Part shown: piece after piece, positions 9,785 to 18,340 of the stretch | How the letters are laid out: each line of letters begins with the position of its first letter | Position numbering within the stretch: the first letter of the stretch is position 1 | From: Nitrososphaerota archaeon | GTDB lineage: Archaea; Thermoproteota; Nitrososphaeria_A; Caldarchaeales; Caldarchaeaceae | Length of the DNA stretch: 64,000 nucleotides | NCBI GenBank assembly: GCA_041641305.1 | Contig: JBEPYN010000002.1 | Location: 256,001-320,000, forward strand | Direction: 5' to 3' | Notes under the pieces: generated by a model | What the model was told of the DNA's origin: nothing | The model's database searches: none | The model's input: only the letters and a program-made list of their open reading frames with translations | Program-made: the position numbers and the translations under genes

Positions 9785-12124
9785 TTAAATGGCTTTTTTT
9801 GCTTTTGCTATCAGGTTGCGGATGTACTCGGGTTTGAGGGGTGTCTGGTCCACTATTACGCCGAGGTGTGCTAACGCGTCTTGGACAGCGTTTGCGAGAG
9901 CCGCCGGCGCGGCTATGGCTCCGCCTTCGCCCATGCCCTTGAAGCCTCCGGGCTGCGGAGAAGGTGTCTCCATGTGTTCGATGTTCATGTTGAACATTTC
10001 CACAGCGCTTGGGATGAGGTAGTCTGCGAAAGTGCTTGTTAGCAGCTGCCCATTCTCATCATATACAAGCTCCTCATAGATTGCGCCGCCTACTCCATGG
10101 GCTACTGCGCCATGTATCTGGCCATAGAGGGTGAGTGGGTTGAGGACGCGGCCGCTGTCGTCGAAGATGTGGTACTCGAGAATTTTCATCTGCCCCGTCT
10201 CGGGGTCGATTTCCACCACGGGTATGTGGACGGCGTAGCTGCATGTGGTGAAAGCCTTTGGCTCGTAGTGTGCGGTTGCCTCGAGGCCGGGTTCTGTGTC
10301 GGGTGGGAGACGGGTGGGCTGGCGCCACGCTATCTTAGCCACGTCTGCGAAGGTTACGGATTTTTCTGGAGAGTCTTTTACATAGAGTTTGCCGTCGCTT
10401 GCCTCGATGTCTTCGGGGTTGGCTTCAAGCATGTGGGCGGCTATGCGTTTCACTTTTGCGAGAAGTGTTTCGCATGCTTTGATGATGGCTCCTCCGACCG
10501 CGACGGTGCTGCGGCTCGCCCATGCTCCGAACCCGTAGGGACAGGTCTTGCTGTCTCCCTCGAAAACCGTGACATCATCCATGTTTACTCCGAGGTAGTC
10601 CGCGGCAATCTGAGCATAAACAGTGTAGTGGCCCTGTCCCTGGCTCGCCGTCCCCGTCAAGACAACAACCTTGCCCTCGGGCTCGATCCTCACAGTCGCC
10701 GAATCGTATCCGCCAACCTCCCATCCAAGGCCCTTGTCAAGCCTCTCGCTGCTGGGCGTAGTGTACTCGACATACATAGCCAACCCAATTCCTATCAAGC
10801 GTCCCTGTTTACGGGCCTCAGCCTGCATACGCCGCAGCTCATAGTATTTCGCCAGCTTCAAGGCTTCTTCGAGTGCTTTGGGGTAGTCGCCGCTGTCATA
10901 TACTATGTTGTGGATGTTTTTGAATGGCATGGCCTCGGCTGGTATGAGGTTTCTGCGACGTATCTCCACGGGGTCGATGCCGAGGTTTGCGGCAGCATCG
11001 TTCATCAGCCTCTCCATCACAAACGCGGCCACCGGCCTACCGAATCCTCTATGCGGCGAATATGGAGCCTTGTTGGTGGCTACGCAGAAGACCTCGTATT
11101 CGTAGGCGTCGAAGCGGTAGGGGCCGGGGATGGCCGCCATCGTGACCATCACAGGCTGTGTCTCCGTCCAGAAAGCACCATACACACCAATATCGGCGAT
11201 GACCTTGTCACGTATGGCGAGGAGTTTCCCATCTCTTTTGAAAGCCGCTTCAACGTAGTGGACCTGCTGCCGCTCGTGGCCGCAGACAAGCATGTGCTCG
11301 CTCCTTGTCTCCACCCATTTCACCGGCCTTCCCAGCTTCATCGCAAGCTGTATCGTGGAAACCTCCTCGGGCCAGACGCTTGACTTGGGTCCGAAGCCGC
11401 CGCCTACATCGGGCGCAATCACCCGTATCCTGTTCTCGGGGTAGTTGAGGGCCTGCGAAAGATATGTCTGAAGGACATGCGGAAACTGTGTCGAGTCCCA
11501 GACGGTCAGCTCGCCGCGTGATTTGTCGAAGTCAGCGACCACGCCGCGGCCCTCTATCGGAGTGGGCGCATAGCGCTGGTTGACGTATCGCCTCTGTAGA
11601 ACAAGGTCAGCCGAGGCGAAGGCTGCTTCTACATCGCCCGCCTTGAAGCTGTAGTTCATGATGATGTTGTTTCCCCACTCCTCGTAGAGTAGAGGCGCGC
11701 CGGGCTTGAGGCCCTGCTCAGCATCCACAACCGGAGGAAGGGGCTGAATCTCGACGTTGACCAGAGAGACAACCTCCTCGACGCTGTATCTATTCTTCAC
11801 AGCCACTCCAACAATCGGCTCGCCGACGAACCTCACCTTGCCTCTCGCGAGAGAAAACCTCGGAACATCACGTAGGCCCTTATACTTCATCCAGCTGGGC
11901 AGCGGAGCAGCCTCCTCGGGGAGAAGGGCTGCGACAAAGTCGGGATGTTTCTGTGCCTCTGAAATGTCTATAGAGATTATTCGGCCGTGTGCATAGGGTG
12001 AACGTACAAACCCCGCGTAAACCATGTTGGGGAGCTTGATGTCGTCAACATATCTACCACGGCCCGTCAACAGAATCGGGTCCTCTCTCCTCTTAATCGG
12101 TTTACCGACATATTTGCCCATCAT
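9785..12124 (-). CDS. Xanthine dehydrogenase/CoxL-family molybdopterin-binding large subunit
   Basis: RREDPILLTGRGRYVDD, DVGGGFGPK, QGQGH, KGMGEGG. Active-site loop SPHRGFGR is not the form I CODH motif. Confidence 0.9.
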   Translation of the reverse strand: MMGKYVGKPIKRREDPILLTGRGRYVDDIKLPNMVYAGFVRSPYAHGRIISIDISEAQKHPDFVAALLPEEAAPLPSWMKYKGLRDVPRFSLARGKVRFVGEPIVGVAVKNRYSVEEVVSLVNVEIQPLPPVVDAEQGLKPGAPLLYEEWGNNIIMNYSFKAGDVEAAFASADLVLQRRYVNQRYAPTPIEGRGVVADFDKSRGELTVWDSTQFPHVLQTYLSQALNYPENRIRVIAPDVGGGFGPKSSVWPEEVSTIQLAMKLGRPVKWVETRSEHMLVCGHERQQVHYVEAAFKRDGKLLAIRDKVIADIGVYGAFWTETQPVMVTMAAIPGPYRFDAYEYEVFCVATNKAPYSPHRGFGRPVAAFVMERLMNDAAANLGIDPVEIRRRNLIPAEAMPFKNIHNIVYDSGDYPKALEEALKLAKYYELRRMQAEARKQGRLIGIGLAMYVEYTTPSSERLDKGLGWEVGGYDSATVRIEPEGKVVVLTGTASQGQGHYTVYAQIAADYLGVNMDDVTVFEGDSKTCPYGFGAWASRSTVAVGGAIIKACETLLAKVKRIAAHMLEANPEDIEASDGKLYVKDSPEKSVTFADVAKIAWRQPTRLPPDTEPGLEATAHYEPKAFTTCSYAVHIPVVEIDPETGQMKILEYHIFDDSGRVLNPLTLYGQIHGAVAHGVGGAIYEELVYDENGQLLTSTFADYLIPSAVEMFNMNIEHMETPSPQPGGFKGMGEGGAIAAPAALANAVQDALAHLGVIVDQTPLKPEYIRNLIAKAKKAI

Positions 12125-12126
12125 GT

Positions 12127-13416
12127 CTACTCACCGTAGGTTATGGTAAAGCGCTGCTTTACCTTTTTCCTGTCCATGTTGCATAGGTTCATGCTGGCGA
12201 TGGTGTAGACTTTGGTGCATGCGATGAGGTTGGGGATGTAGAGGGTTCCACGCATCTCTTTGCCGGGGCCGCCGGACGGTCCGTAGTTGACCGCCACCAC
12301 ACCGTTTCTCGTCAAAACGTTTGCGTCGGATGACCATGAGAAAACCACGCGTTCAGCAGGTGTGCCGAACACAGCTTTATGTCCCTCGTCTATAGCCTTC
12401 ACCACAGCGGAGTCCTCGGGAACAGTGGCCCATGCATCGCTCACATAGATGTCGAGCAAAGGCTTGAAGCCATAGCGTTTCTCAACCTCATTCAACATCT
12501 CCTCGAGAGCCTCTTTAACGTCCACGGCCGAGTATGGAGGCGGATACCGAAGGTCGACATATAGGTTGCAGAACCACGGTGTCCGGGAGCATCTCCAAGG
12601 CCATCCACCCTCTATCGAGCCGATGTTAACAGTCGGCTTCACACCCTGGTGGCTAAACCTCTCCTGATACTTTGGAATCCACTCCTCCAAAACGTTCAGC
12701 ACCCTGTTCATTCGGAGAATCAGGTTGGTTACGCCGGTGGAATGTGCTGTGTGGACCATCTGGCCTTTGAGATAAAACTTGGCCCAGACGGAGCCGAAGT
12801 GTGTCAGCATCAGACGCAGCCCCGTGGGTTCGCCGAGTATGGCGAAATCTGTTACACCGCCGTGTGTTACGAGGTAGGCGGTTCCCGTGCCGTAGCCCCT
12901 ATACTGTGCACCCCTGTATTGGTCAACCTGCGTCTTCTCAATCTCGCCAACCACTCCCGCGATCATGATGTCGCCCTTCAGCTCCACACCCGCGTTCTGC
13001 AGCGCCTCTACAGTCGAGACATACGCCGCCAACGCGCCCTTCATGTTGAAGACGCCCATGCCATATAGCCAGTCACCTTCTCGATAGGCCCATGGAGGCT
13101 CAAGCCGGTACACGGGTGAAATTGCCTTAAGTATTTCGGCGGGTTCGCGTGGAGAGAAGGATGTGTCGAGGTGTCCGTTGAACATCAGCGATGGGCCGCC
13201 GCCTTTTCCCGGCAGCACGCCGACAGCGTTGAGACGGCCTGGTTCAACCTCCTGAAGCTTGACACGCATCCCCACCTCCTCCATCATCCTAGCATAAGCC
13301 TCTGCACACTCGCCCTCGAAACCCGTCGGACTCTCGATGTTAGCCAAGTCAAGCGTCCGCTTAATCGTCTTCTCCACATCAATCTTCGATAAAACGTCCT
13401 GTATTGTGGCGGTCAT
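12127..13416 (-). CDS. M20/ArgE-DapE family amidohydrolase-like protein with non-canonical metal motifs
   Basis: SLMFNGHLDT, LYGMGVFNMKG, GEPT, VNIGSIEGG. Confidence 0.8.
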   Translation of the reverse strand: MTATIQDVLSKIDVEKTIKRTLDLANIESPTGFEGECAEAYARMMEEVGMRVKLQEVEPGRLNAVGVLPGKGGGPSLMFNGHLDTSFSPREPAEILKAISPVYRLEPPWAYREGDWLYGMGVFNMKGALAAYVSTVEALQNAGVELKGDIMIAGVVGEIEKTQVDQYRGAQYRGYGTGTAYLVTHGGVTDFAILGEPTGLRLMLTHFGSVWAKFYLKGQMVHTAHSTGVTNLILRMNRVLNVLEEWIPKYQERFSHQGVKPTVNIGSIEGGWPWRCSRTPWFCNLYVDLRYPPPYSAVDVKEALEEMLNEVEKRYGFKPLLDIYVSDAWATVPEDSAVVKAIDEGHKAVFGTPAERVVFSWSSDANVLTRNGVVAVNYGPSGGPGKEMRGTLYIPNLIACTKVYTIASMNLCNMDRKKVKQRFTITYGE

Positions 13417-14259
13417 TTAAGCACCCGGCATGCTGAAGCCGCCGTCACATATCACGACGTTGCCTGTCATGTGTATCGAGTCATCCGAAGCGAGGAAGAG
13501 CACAACGGGGACGATGTCCTCGGGCTTCGCTATCCTGCGGAGAGGAGTGTGCTCGATAACCCATTTCCTTCTACCGGCTGTCCAATCAGGCCTTGATAGG
13601 AGAGACTCCGTCTCCATGTAGCCCGGCGCGACGGCGTTCACCCTGACATAGGGCGCGAAAGCGTTTGCATAGGATTTTGTGAGACCGAGCACACCATATT
13701 TCGATGCTGCATACTGTGGCGCACGTGGGCTGCCCGTGGTGATGACGTTGGAGCAGATGTTGACAATCACACCTCTTTTACGCTCAAGCATCCGCGACCC
13801 AACCTCATGCGTCATGAACAGCGTCCCCTTGATGTCCACCGCCAGCACATGGTCAATCCTCTCCTCCGTTATCTCCCGCCAAGACATCTGCCCCGGCGCC
13901 GTGTCGCCGACGTTGTTAACCAACACATCGATGGGGCCGAACTCTCGCCACGTCTTTTCAACAGCCTGCTTCACCTCATCCCACTTCGTAACATCAGCCT
14001 TGACAGTATAGGCTCTAACACCCATCTGCTCAATCTCCTTAGCCGTCTGCAGCGCGGATTCGGCTGACTTGTTGTAGTGAACAACCACATTGCCACCTTC
14101 GCGCGCAAACCCAAGAGCAATCAGCCTGCCGAAACCGCGTCCAGCACCAGTCACAAACACATTCAGCCCCTCAAACCGTCGACCCGGCTTCACAGCCCGC
14201 CGCTCGACAACAAACTCGCCCTCAATCTTGGGCTCAGTTGGAAGACTACCCCAGCTCAT
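13417..14259 (-). CDS. Short-chain dehydrogenase/reductase (FabG-like)
   Basis: TGAGRGFG, NNVG, YAASK, VRVNAVAPG. Likely start is ATG at 14259. Confidence 0.9.
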   Translation of the reverse strand: MSWGSLPTEPKIEGEFVVERRAVKPGRRFEGLNVFVTGAGRGFGRLIALGFAREGGNVVVHYNKSAESALQTAKEIEQMGVRAYTVKADVTKWDEVKQAVEKTWREFGPIDVLVNNVGDTAPGQMSWREITEERIDHVLAVDIKGTLFMTHEVGSRMLERKRGVIVNICSNVITTGSPRAPQYAASKYGVLGLTKSYANAFAPYVRVNAVAPGYMETESLLSRPDWTAGRRKWVIEHTPLRRIAKPEDIVPVVLFLASDDSIHMTGNVVICDGGFSMPGA

Positions 14260-14384
14260 AACATATGAATAACACAGAGCCACAACTTAAAGGATATTCC
14301 GAATCCCCCGCTAGCACTGAATCGTGTTTGACAGACACTTGCATGGGGCAACTCCTATATACCCCGCAGTCGCCGAAGAATGAG

Positions 14385-15272
14385 ATGGAGCTGGAAAAAT
14401 TCGAGGGCATAGTGTCCGCGCTTCTTACACCATCAACAGCTTACAGAGAGAAGATGGCTGAGCTGATAGAGTTCCATCTTAAACATGGTGTCAACGGGTT
14501 TTTCGTGCTGGGCACGACTGGAGAAGGTGTCAAACTCGGGCCCTCGGTGAGACAGGAGGTGGCCGAGGCCGCTGTCGAGTACGCGGGTTCACGGGGTCTC
14601 GTGATAATCCATGTGGGCGCATCGGACATGGACACAGTTAAGCAGCTTACACGCCACGCCTCGAGAATAGGTGCACACGCCGTCTCCGCAGTCGCCCCGT
14701 TCTACTACAGATACGACCCAGAATCCCTCACATCATTCTACCAATCCATCGCAGACATCTCCTCAATCCCCGTGCTTGTATACAACAACCCAGGCCGCCA
14801 AGGATACAGCATCCCCTTAGAGGGTCTTAAGAAGATACTGGAAACGGTCAAGCCAACAGTCGGCCTGAAAGAAAGCAGCGGAGACCCGGACATGCTTTTG
14901 CAAGTTCTCACACACTTCAAGGGCAGCAGGTTTCTAGGCGCTGGCGGAGACCATCTCATGGTCTACAGCTTCATCGTAGGATACCGGGTTCACGTAAGCT
15001 CTCTGGCCTCCATCTATCCCGAAATCGCCATAAAAATCTTTGACCATGTGAGAAATGGTAAACTGGATGAAGCCCTCAGGCTCCAGACCATACTGAACAA
15101 CGTGAGGGCGGCTCTTAAGAAAATTGGGCCAGACATGGCGGCCAACCGCTACGCCCTCAGGCTCAGAGGCATTGACATCGGCGGCCCCATACCGCCCACA
15201 CGCGACCTAACACCCGAAGAGAAAAAGACGCTTGAGAAACTTCTGCCCAGGGAGCAGGAGCTAAGAGTGTAG
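14385..15272 (+). CDS. DHDPS/NAL-family aldolase, probable 2-keto-3-deoxy-(6-phospho)gluconate aldolase
   Basis: GTTGE, PFYY, YNNP, GLKESS; tandem with KdgK. TATA-like ctatata about 25 bp upstream of ATG 14385. Confidence 0.8.
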   Translation: MELEKFEGIVSALLTPSTAYREKMAELIEFHLKHGVNGFFVLGTTGEGVKLGPSVRQEVAEAAVEYAGSRGLVIIHVGASDMDTVKQLTRHASRIGAHAVSAVAPFYYRYDPESLTSFYQSIADISSIPVLVYNNPGRQGYSIPLEGLKKILETVKPTVGLKESSGDPDMLLQVLTHFKGSRFLGAGGDHLMVYSFIVGYRVHVSSLASIYPEIAIKIFDHVRNGKLDEALRLQTILNNVRAALKKIGPDMAANRYALRLRGIDIGGPIPPTRDLTPEEKKTLEKLLPREQELRV

Positions 15273-15274
15273 AA

Positions 15275-16219
15275 ATGTCTCCGACAGTCGTAACACTCGG
15301 CGAATCACTCATCCAACTCAACGCAGTATCAAGAGGTCCACTTAGACACGTCACATTATTTGAGAGACATGTTGCAGGAGCGGAGACCACAGTCGCCGTT
15401 TGCGTGAGGAGACAGGGGATCGACTCAGGGCTTATCACAAGGGTTGGGGATGACGAATTCGGCAAATGCATCATCAACTGGGTGAGAGGAGAAGGTGTAG
15501 ACATCTCACAAGTGAAAGTCGACCCAGAAGCTCCTACCGGGATTTACTTTGTTCAACGAGGCTTTCCGATACCGTCGAAGAGCAAAATGTTCTACTACCG
15601 AACAGGCTCCGCGGGAAGCAGACTATCACCGGAAGACATCGACCCAGAGTACATAGGCTCAGCCAAAGTCTTCCACGTGACCGGCATAACGCCCGCATTA
15701 AGCGAGACAGCGAAAAACGCAACATACAAAGCACTTGACGCCGCTGTCTCCAATAATGTCACCGTCTCATTTGACACAAACATAAGGCCCGTGCTGTGGA
15801 AAACAAGCGAGAGCACCGTCAAAACCCTGATGCCGATAATAGAGAAAACCAGCATACTTTTCACAGACCCGACGGACGCCTCCATACTGCTGGGAACCAA
15901 TGACCGAGACAGAATCATCAAAAGTTTTCTCGACATGGGAGTCGATGTTGTGGTGCTTAAGATGGGTGAGCGAGGCGCCTTGGCCGCGGATAGAACCACG
16001 CGAGCATTCGCCGAACCAATCCCCGTCTATGTCGAGGACCCTATAGGCGCGGGAGACGCCTTCGCAGGCACCTTCATAACCTCCATCCTAAAAGGCAGAA
16101 CACTCAACGAATCCCTCCAACGAGCCACCATAGCAGGCTCACTCGTAGTCACCGTAAGAGGAGACGAAGAAGCCCTCCCAGCCGAAGAAGACATAGACGC
16201 CAACATCAAACAACTGTAG
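15275..16219 (+). CDS. kdgK: PfkB-family kinase, probable 2-keto-3-deoxygluconate kinase
   Basis: VAGAE, VGDDEFG, YYRTGSAGS, FDTNIRP, DPIGAGDAF. Confidence 0.82.
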   Translation: MSPTVVTLGESLIQLNAVSRGPLRHVTLFERHVAGAETTVAVCVRRQGIDSGLITRVGDDEFGKCIINWVRGEGVDISQVKVDPEAPTGIYFVQRGFPIPSKSKMFYYRTGSAGSRLSPEDIDPEYIGSAKVFHVTGITPALSETAKNATYKALDAAVSNNVTVSFDTNIRPVLWKTSESTVKTLMPIIEKTSILFTDPTDASILLGTNDRDRIIKSFLDMGVDVVVLKMGERGALAADRTTRAFAEPIPVYVEDPIGAGDAFAGTFITSILKGRTLNESLQRATIAGSLVVTVRGDEEALPAEEDIDANIKQL

Positions 16220-16237
16220 ACTCATACAGCTAGGAGG

Positions 16238-16356
16238 TAGCCCGGGCCGGATTCGAACCGGCGTCCTCGGGGTTCTCCTCACGGAGGAGTGATCCAGAGC
16301 CCGAGATCCTTGGCCCTTGTTTTTCTGACCAGGTTTGGCCGCTAGACGACCGGGCT
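16238..16356 (-). tRNA. tRNA-Gln(CTG) with two introns: D-loop 16310-16334 and canonical 37/38 16273-16293
   Basis: Reverse complement folds as a cloverleaf (AGCCCGG/CCGGGCT, TTCGAAT) after removing 25-nt and 21-nt inserts, each bounded by a BHB-like motif. Confidence 0.92.
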
Positions 16357-16390
16357 GCGTAGGGGTGTTTGTTTTGGTTGTTTATAGATG

Positions 16391-16963
16391 TTATTGTCTT
16401 GTTTTCTTGAATATTGGGAGGACGCCGAGGTAGATGACGTCTTTGTGGTGTTCGCCTTCGACGAGGACTGTTGCTTTTTTGGTGACTATGCCGCCGGCGA
16501 GGTTCACGATTTTCTCCATGGCTTCCATGGTGTTTTTTGTGCTGACGATGTCGTCAACTATTCCGACTTTTTTGCCCCTGATGTAGGGAACGTATCTCCC
16601 ATCTATCACCAGCTCAAGGTCTTTCGTAGAGGTTATGGGCCTGTAGCTGACGACTATAGGGTCTTTCATGAAGGCTTTCCGCTCTTTTCTGCAGACTATG
16701 TAGCGTGGGTGGCCGAGTGTTGCTGCTATTTCGTGGACAAGCGGTATCCCCTTGCTCTCCGATGTGACGAGGATTTCGCAGTCCCGTAGATGATCCGCCA
16801 GTATCTTTGCACAGTAGGCTATGAACTCCCGGTCCCCGAGGCTGTCGAAATAAGCTATCCAAGTATCGGGTGAAACCTGTATAAGCGGCAGCTGCCTGCG
16901 AAAATCTCTCACAACAAGCTCGTAAAAAGCCCGCCCATCATACTCAAGCACCGTGGACGACAA
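16391..16963 (-). CDS. Type I phosphoribosyltransferase (adenine/purine PRT-like)
   Basis: ESKGIP, CRKERK, VGIVDDIVST. Confidence 0.85.
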   Translation of the reverse strand: MSSTVLEYDGRAFYELVVRDFRRQLPLIQVSPDTWIAYFDSLGDREFIAYCAKILADHLRDCEILVTSESKGIPLVHEIAATLGHPRYIVCRKERKAFMKDPIVVSYRPITSTKDLELVIDGRYVPYIRGKKVGIVDDIVSTKNTMEAMEKIVNLAGGIVTKKATVLVEGEHHKDVIYLGVLPIFKKTRQ

Positions 16964-17069
16964 ACACCACGCACCGGCTTAGAACATTTCTCTAAGGAGA
17001 TATTTTATTATTCTCGCGGCGGGATTCCTCAGCCCACCTCATCGTCTACACATTTTTCCATGTTTCTGG

Positions 17070-17119
17070 CGCGGGATATTGTCCCGCGATTACCTTGATA
17101 TTTTGAGGTGAAGTAATCG
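17070..17119. promoter_or_regulatory. Two overlapping inverted repeats upstream of the DNA methyltransferase
   Basis: CGCGGGA-TATTG-TCCCGCG (17070-17088) and CGATTAC...GTAATCG (17087-17119). Confidence 0.4.
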
Positions 17120-17143
17120 GGGAATTGGCCATCGGGGTATTCG

Positions 17144-18340
17144 GTGAATGATTATAGCGTGGAGCAGGTTGCTTCGGGTTTTTTGATGACGGAAATAGCG
17201 TACATATCCAGCAGCGAGGTTTCTGATTCGTGGAAGGGTGTTGGGAGGAGCTGGGGGCACTCGCTTCACCGCATCATGTCGAGGACGGGCTCGTTTCCGC
17301 CAGCTTTGGCGCGATGGGTTATTACGAGGTTTTCGGAGCGCGGTGACCTGGTTCTTGACCCGTTTTCCGGAAAGGGAACTGCTCCTCTCGAGGCATGTTT
17401 GACGGGCCGCATAGGCCTGGGTAACGACCTTGCTCCAGAGGCTTATGTTGTGACCCGTGCGAAGGTGAAGCCTGCTATGCTGCGGGATGTTAGAGGCTGG
17501 CTTGAGAATGCTTCTAGGGTTATGAGGCCTGACACGGTCTCGGTCTACGATGTCGACGAAGATGTTCGAGCCTTCTACCATCCCCAAACACTCAAACAGA
17601 TACTTGCCGTCAGGGAGCTGCTCCTAGGCTCGGACGATGATGTGGCAAACTTTGTGAAGGCCTGTATGCTCGGTATTCTACATGGCTCATCTGAGATAAG
17701 CTTGAGTGTTCCATGCAGCCATTCTTTCTCGATGGCTCCGGGCTACATGAGACGGTATGTGGCGAAGCATGGGTTGAAGAAGCCTGTTAGAAACGTGTTG
17801 GCCTGTTTGCTGAGGAAGGCTGAGTCTGTTTTGGCTGATGGATTGCCTGAGACAAGGGGCGTGGCCTTCAACATGGATGCCGCCACGCTCCCCCTAGCCG
17901 ACGGATCTGTCGACCTCATCGTAACCTCGCCGCCATACCTAAACCTGCAGACATATGCCTGGGACAACTGGTTGAGGCTCTGGTTCCTTGGACACGATTA
18001 CCGTGTCGTAGGTAAGCGGCTTTTCGGCACGCAGTCTGTTAAACGGTATGTCGAGTTTATGGGGAGGGTTTTGGATGAGTTTTTCAGGGTGTTGAAGCAG
18101 GGTGGATACTGTGTGCTGGTTGTGGGTGATGTGAAGTCGGGTGGTCGTCGGGTGGATTTGGCGGAGCTGTTGGTTGAGCCTGCTGAGAAAAGCGGGTTCA
18201 CCTCACGGGCCATCATAAGCGACGGGATAAGACGGGGACACAAGTATCTGATGTATCTTAAGCCTTGGCAGGGTGTTGACAGGGAGAAGGTTCTTGTTCT
18301 GTCTAAGGGTGAGCCTCGGAGGATGGTGAGGATAACGTGA
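17144..18340 (+). CDS. Site-specific DNA amino-methyltransferase (N4-C/N6-A, alpha-like motif order)
   Basis: HSLH..GSFPP; motif I LDPFSGKGT precedes motif IV VTSPPY, with a long spacer (putative target recognition domain) between them. Confidence 0.88.
   Translation: MNDYSVEQVASGFLMTEIAYISSSEVSDSWKGVGRSWGHSLHRIMSRTGSFPPALARWVITRFSERGDLVLDPFSGKGTAPLEACLTGRIGLGNDLAPEAYVVTRAKVKPAMLRDVRGWLENASRVMRPDTVSVYDVDEDVRAFYHPQTLKQILAVRELLLGSDDDVANFVKACMLGILHGSSEISLSVPCSHSFSMAPGYMRRYVAKHGLKKPVRNVLACLLRKAESVLADGLPETRGVAFNMDAATLPLADGSVDLIVTSPPYLNLQTYAWDNWLRLWFLGHDYRVVGKRLFGTQSVKRYVEFMGRVLDEFFRVLKQGGYCVLVVGDVKSGGRRVDLAELLVEPAEKSGFTSRAIISDGIRRGHKYLMYLKPWQGVDREKVLVLSKGEPRRMVRIT

Noticed and set aside
10097-11383. 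428-aa + strand ORF
   Set aside because: Antisense shadow of the Mo-subunit gene, with no recognisable motifs.
9785-12124. Aerobic CO dehydrogenase assignment (also for 45901-48306)
   Set aside because: The AYxCSFR motif is absent and there are no coxM/S or accessory genes adjacent.
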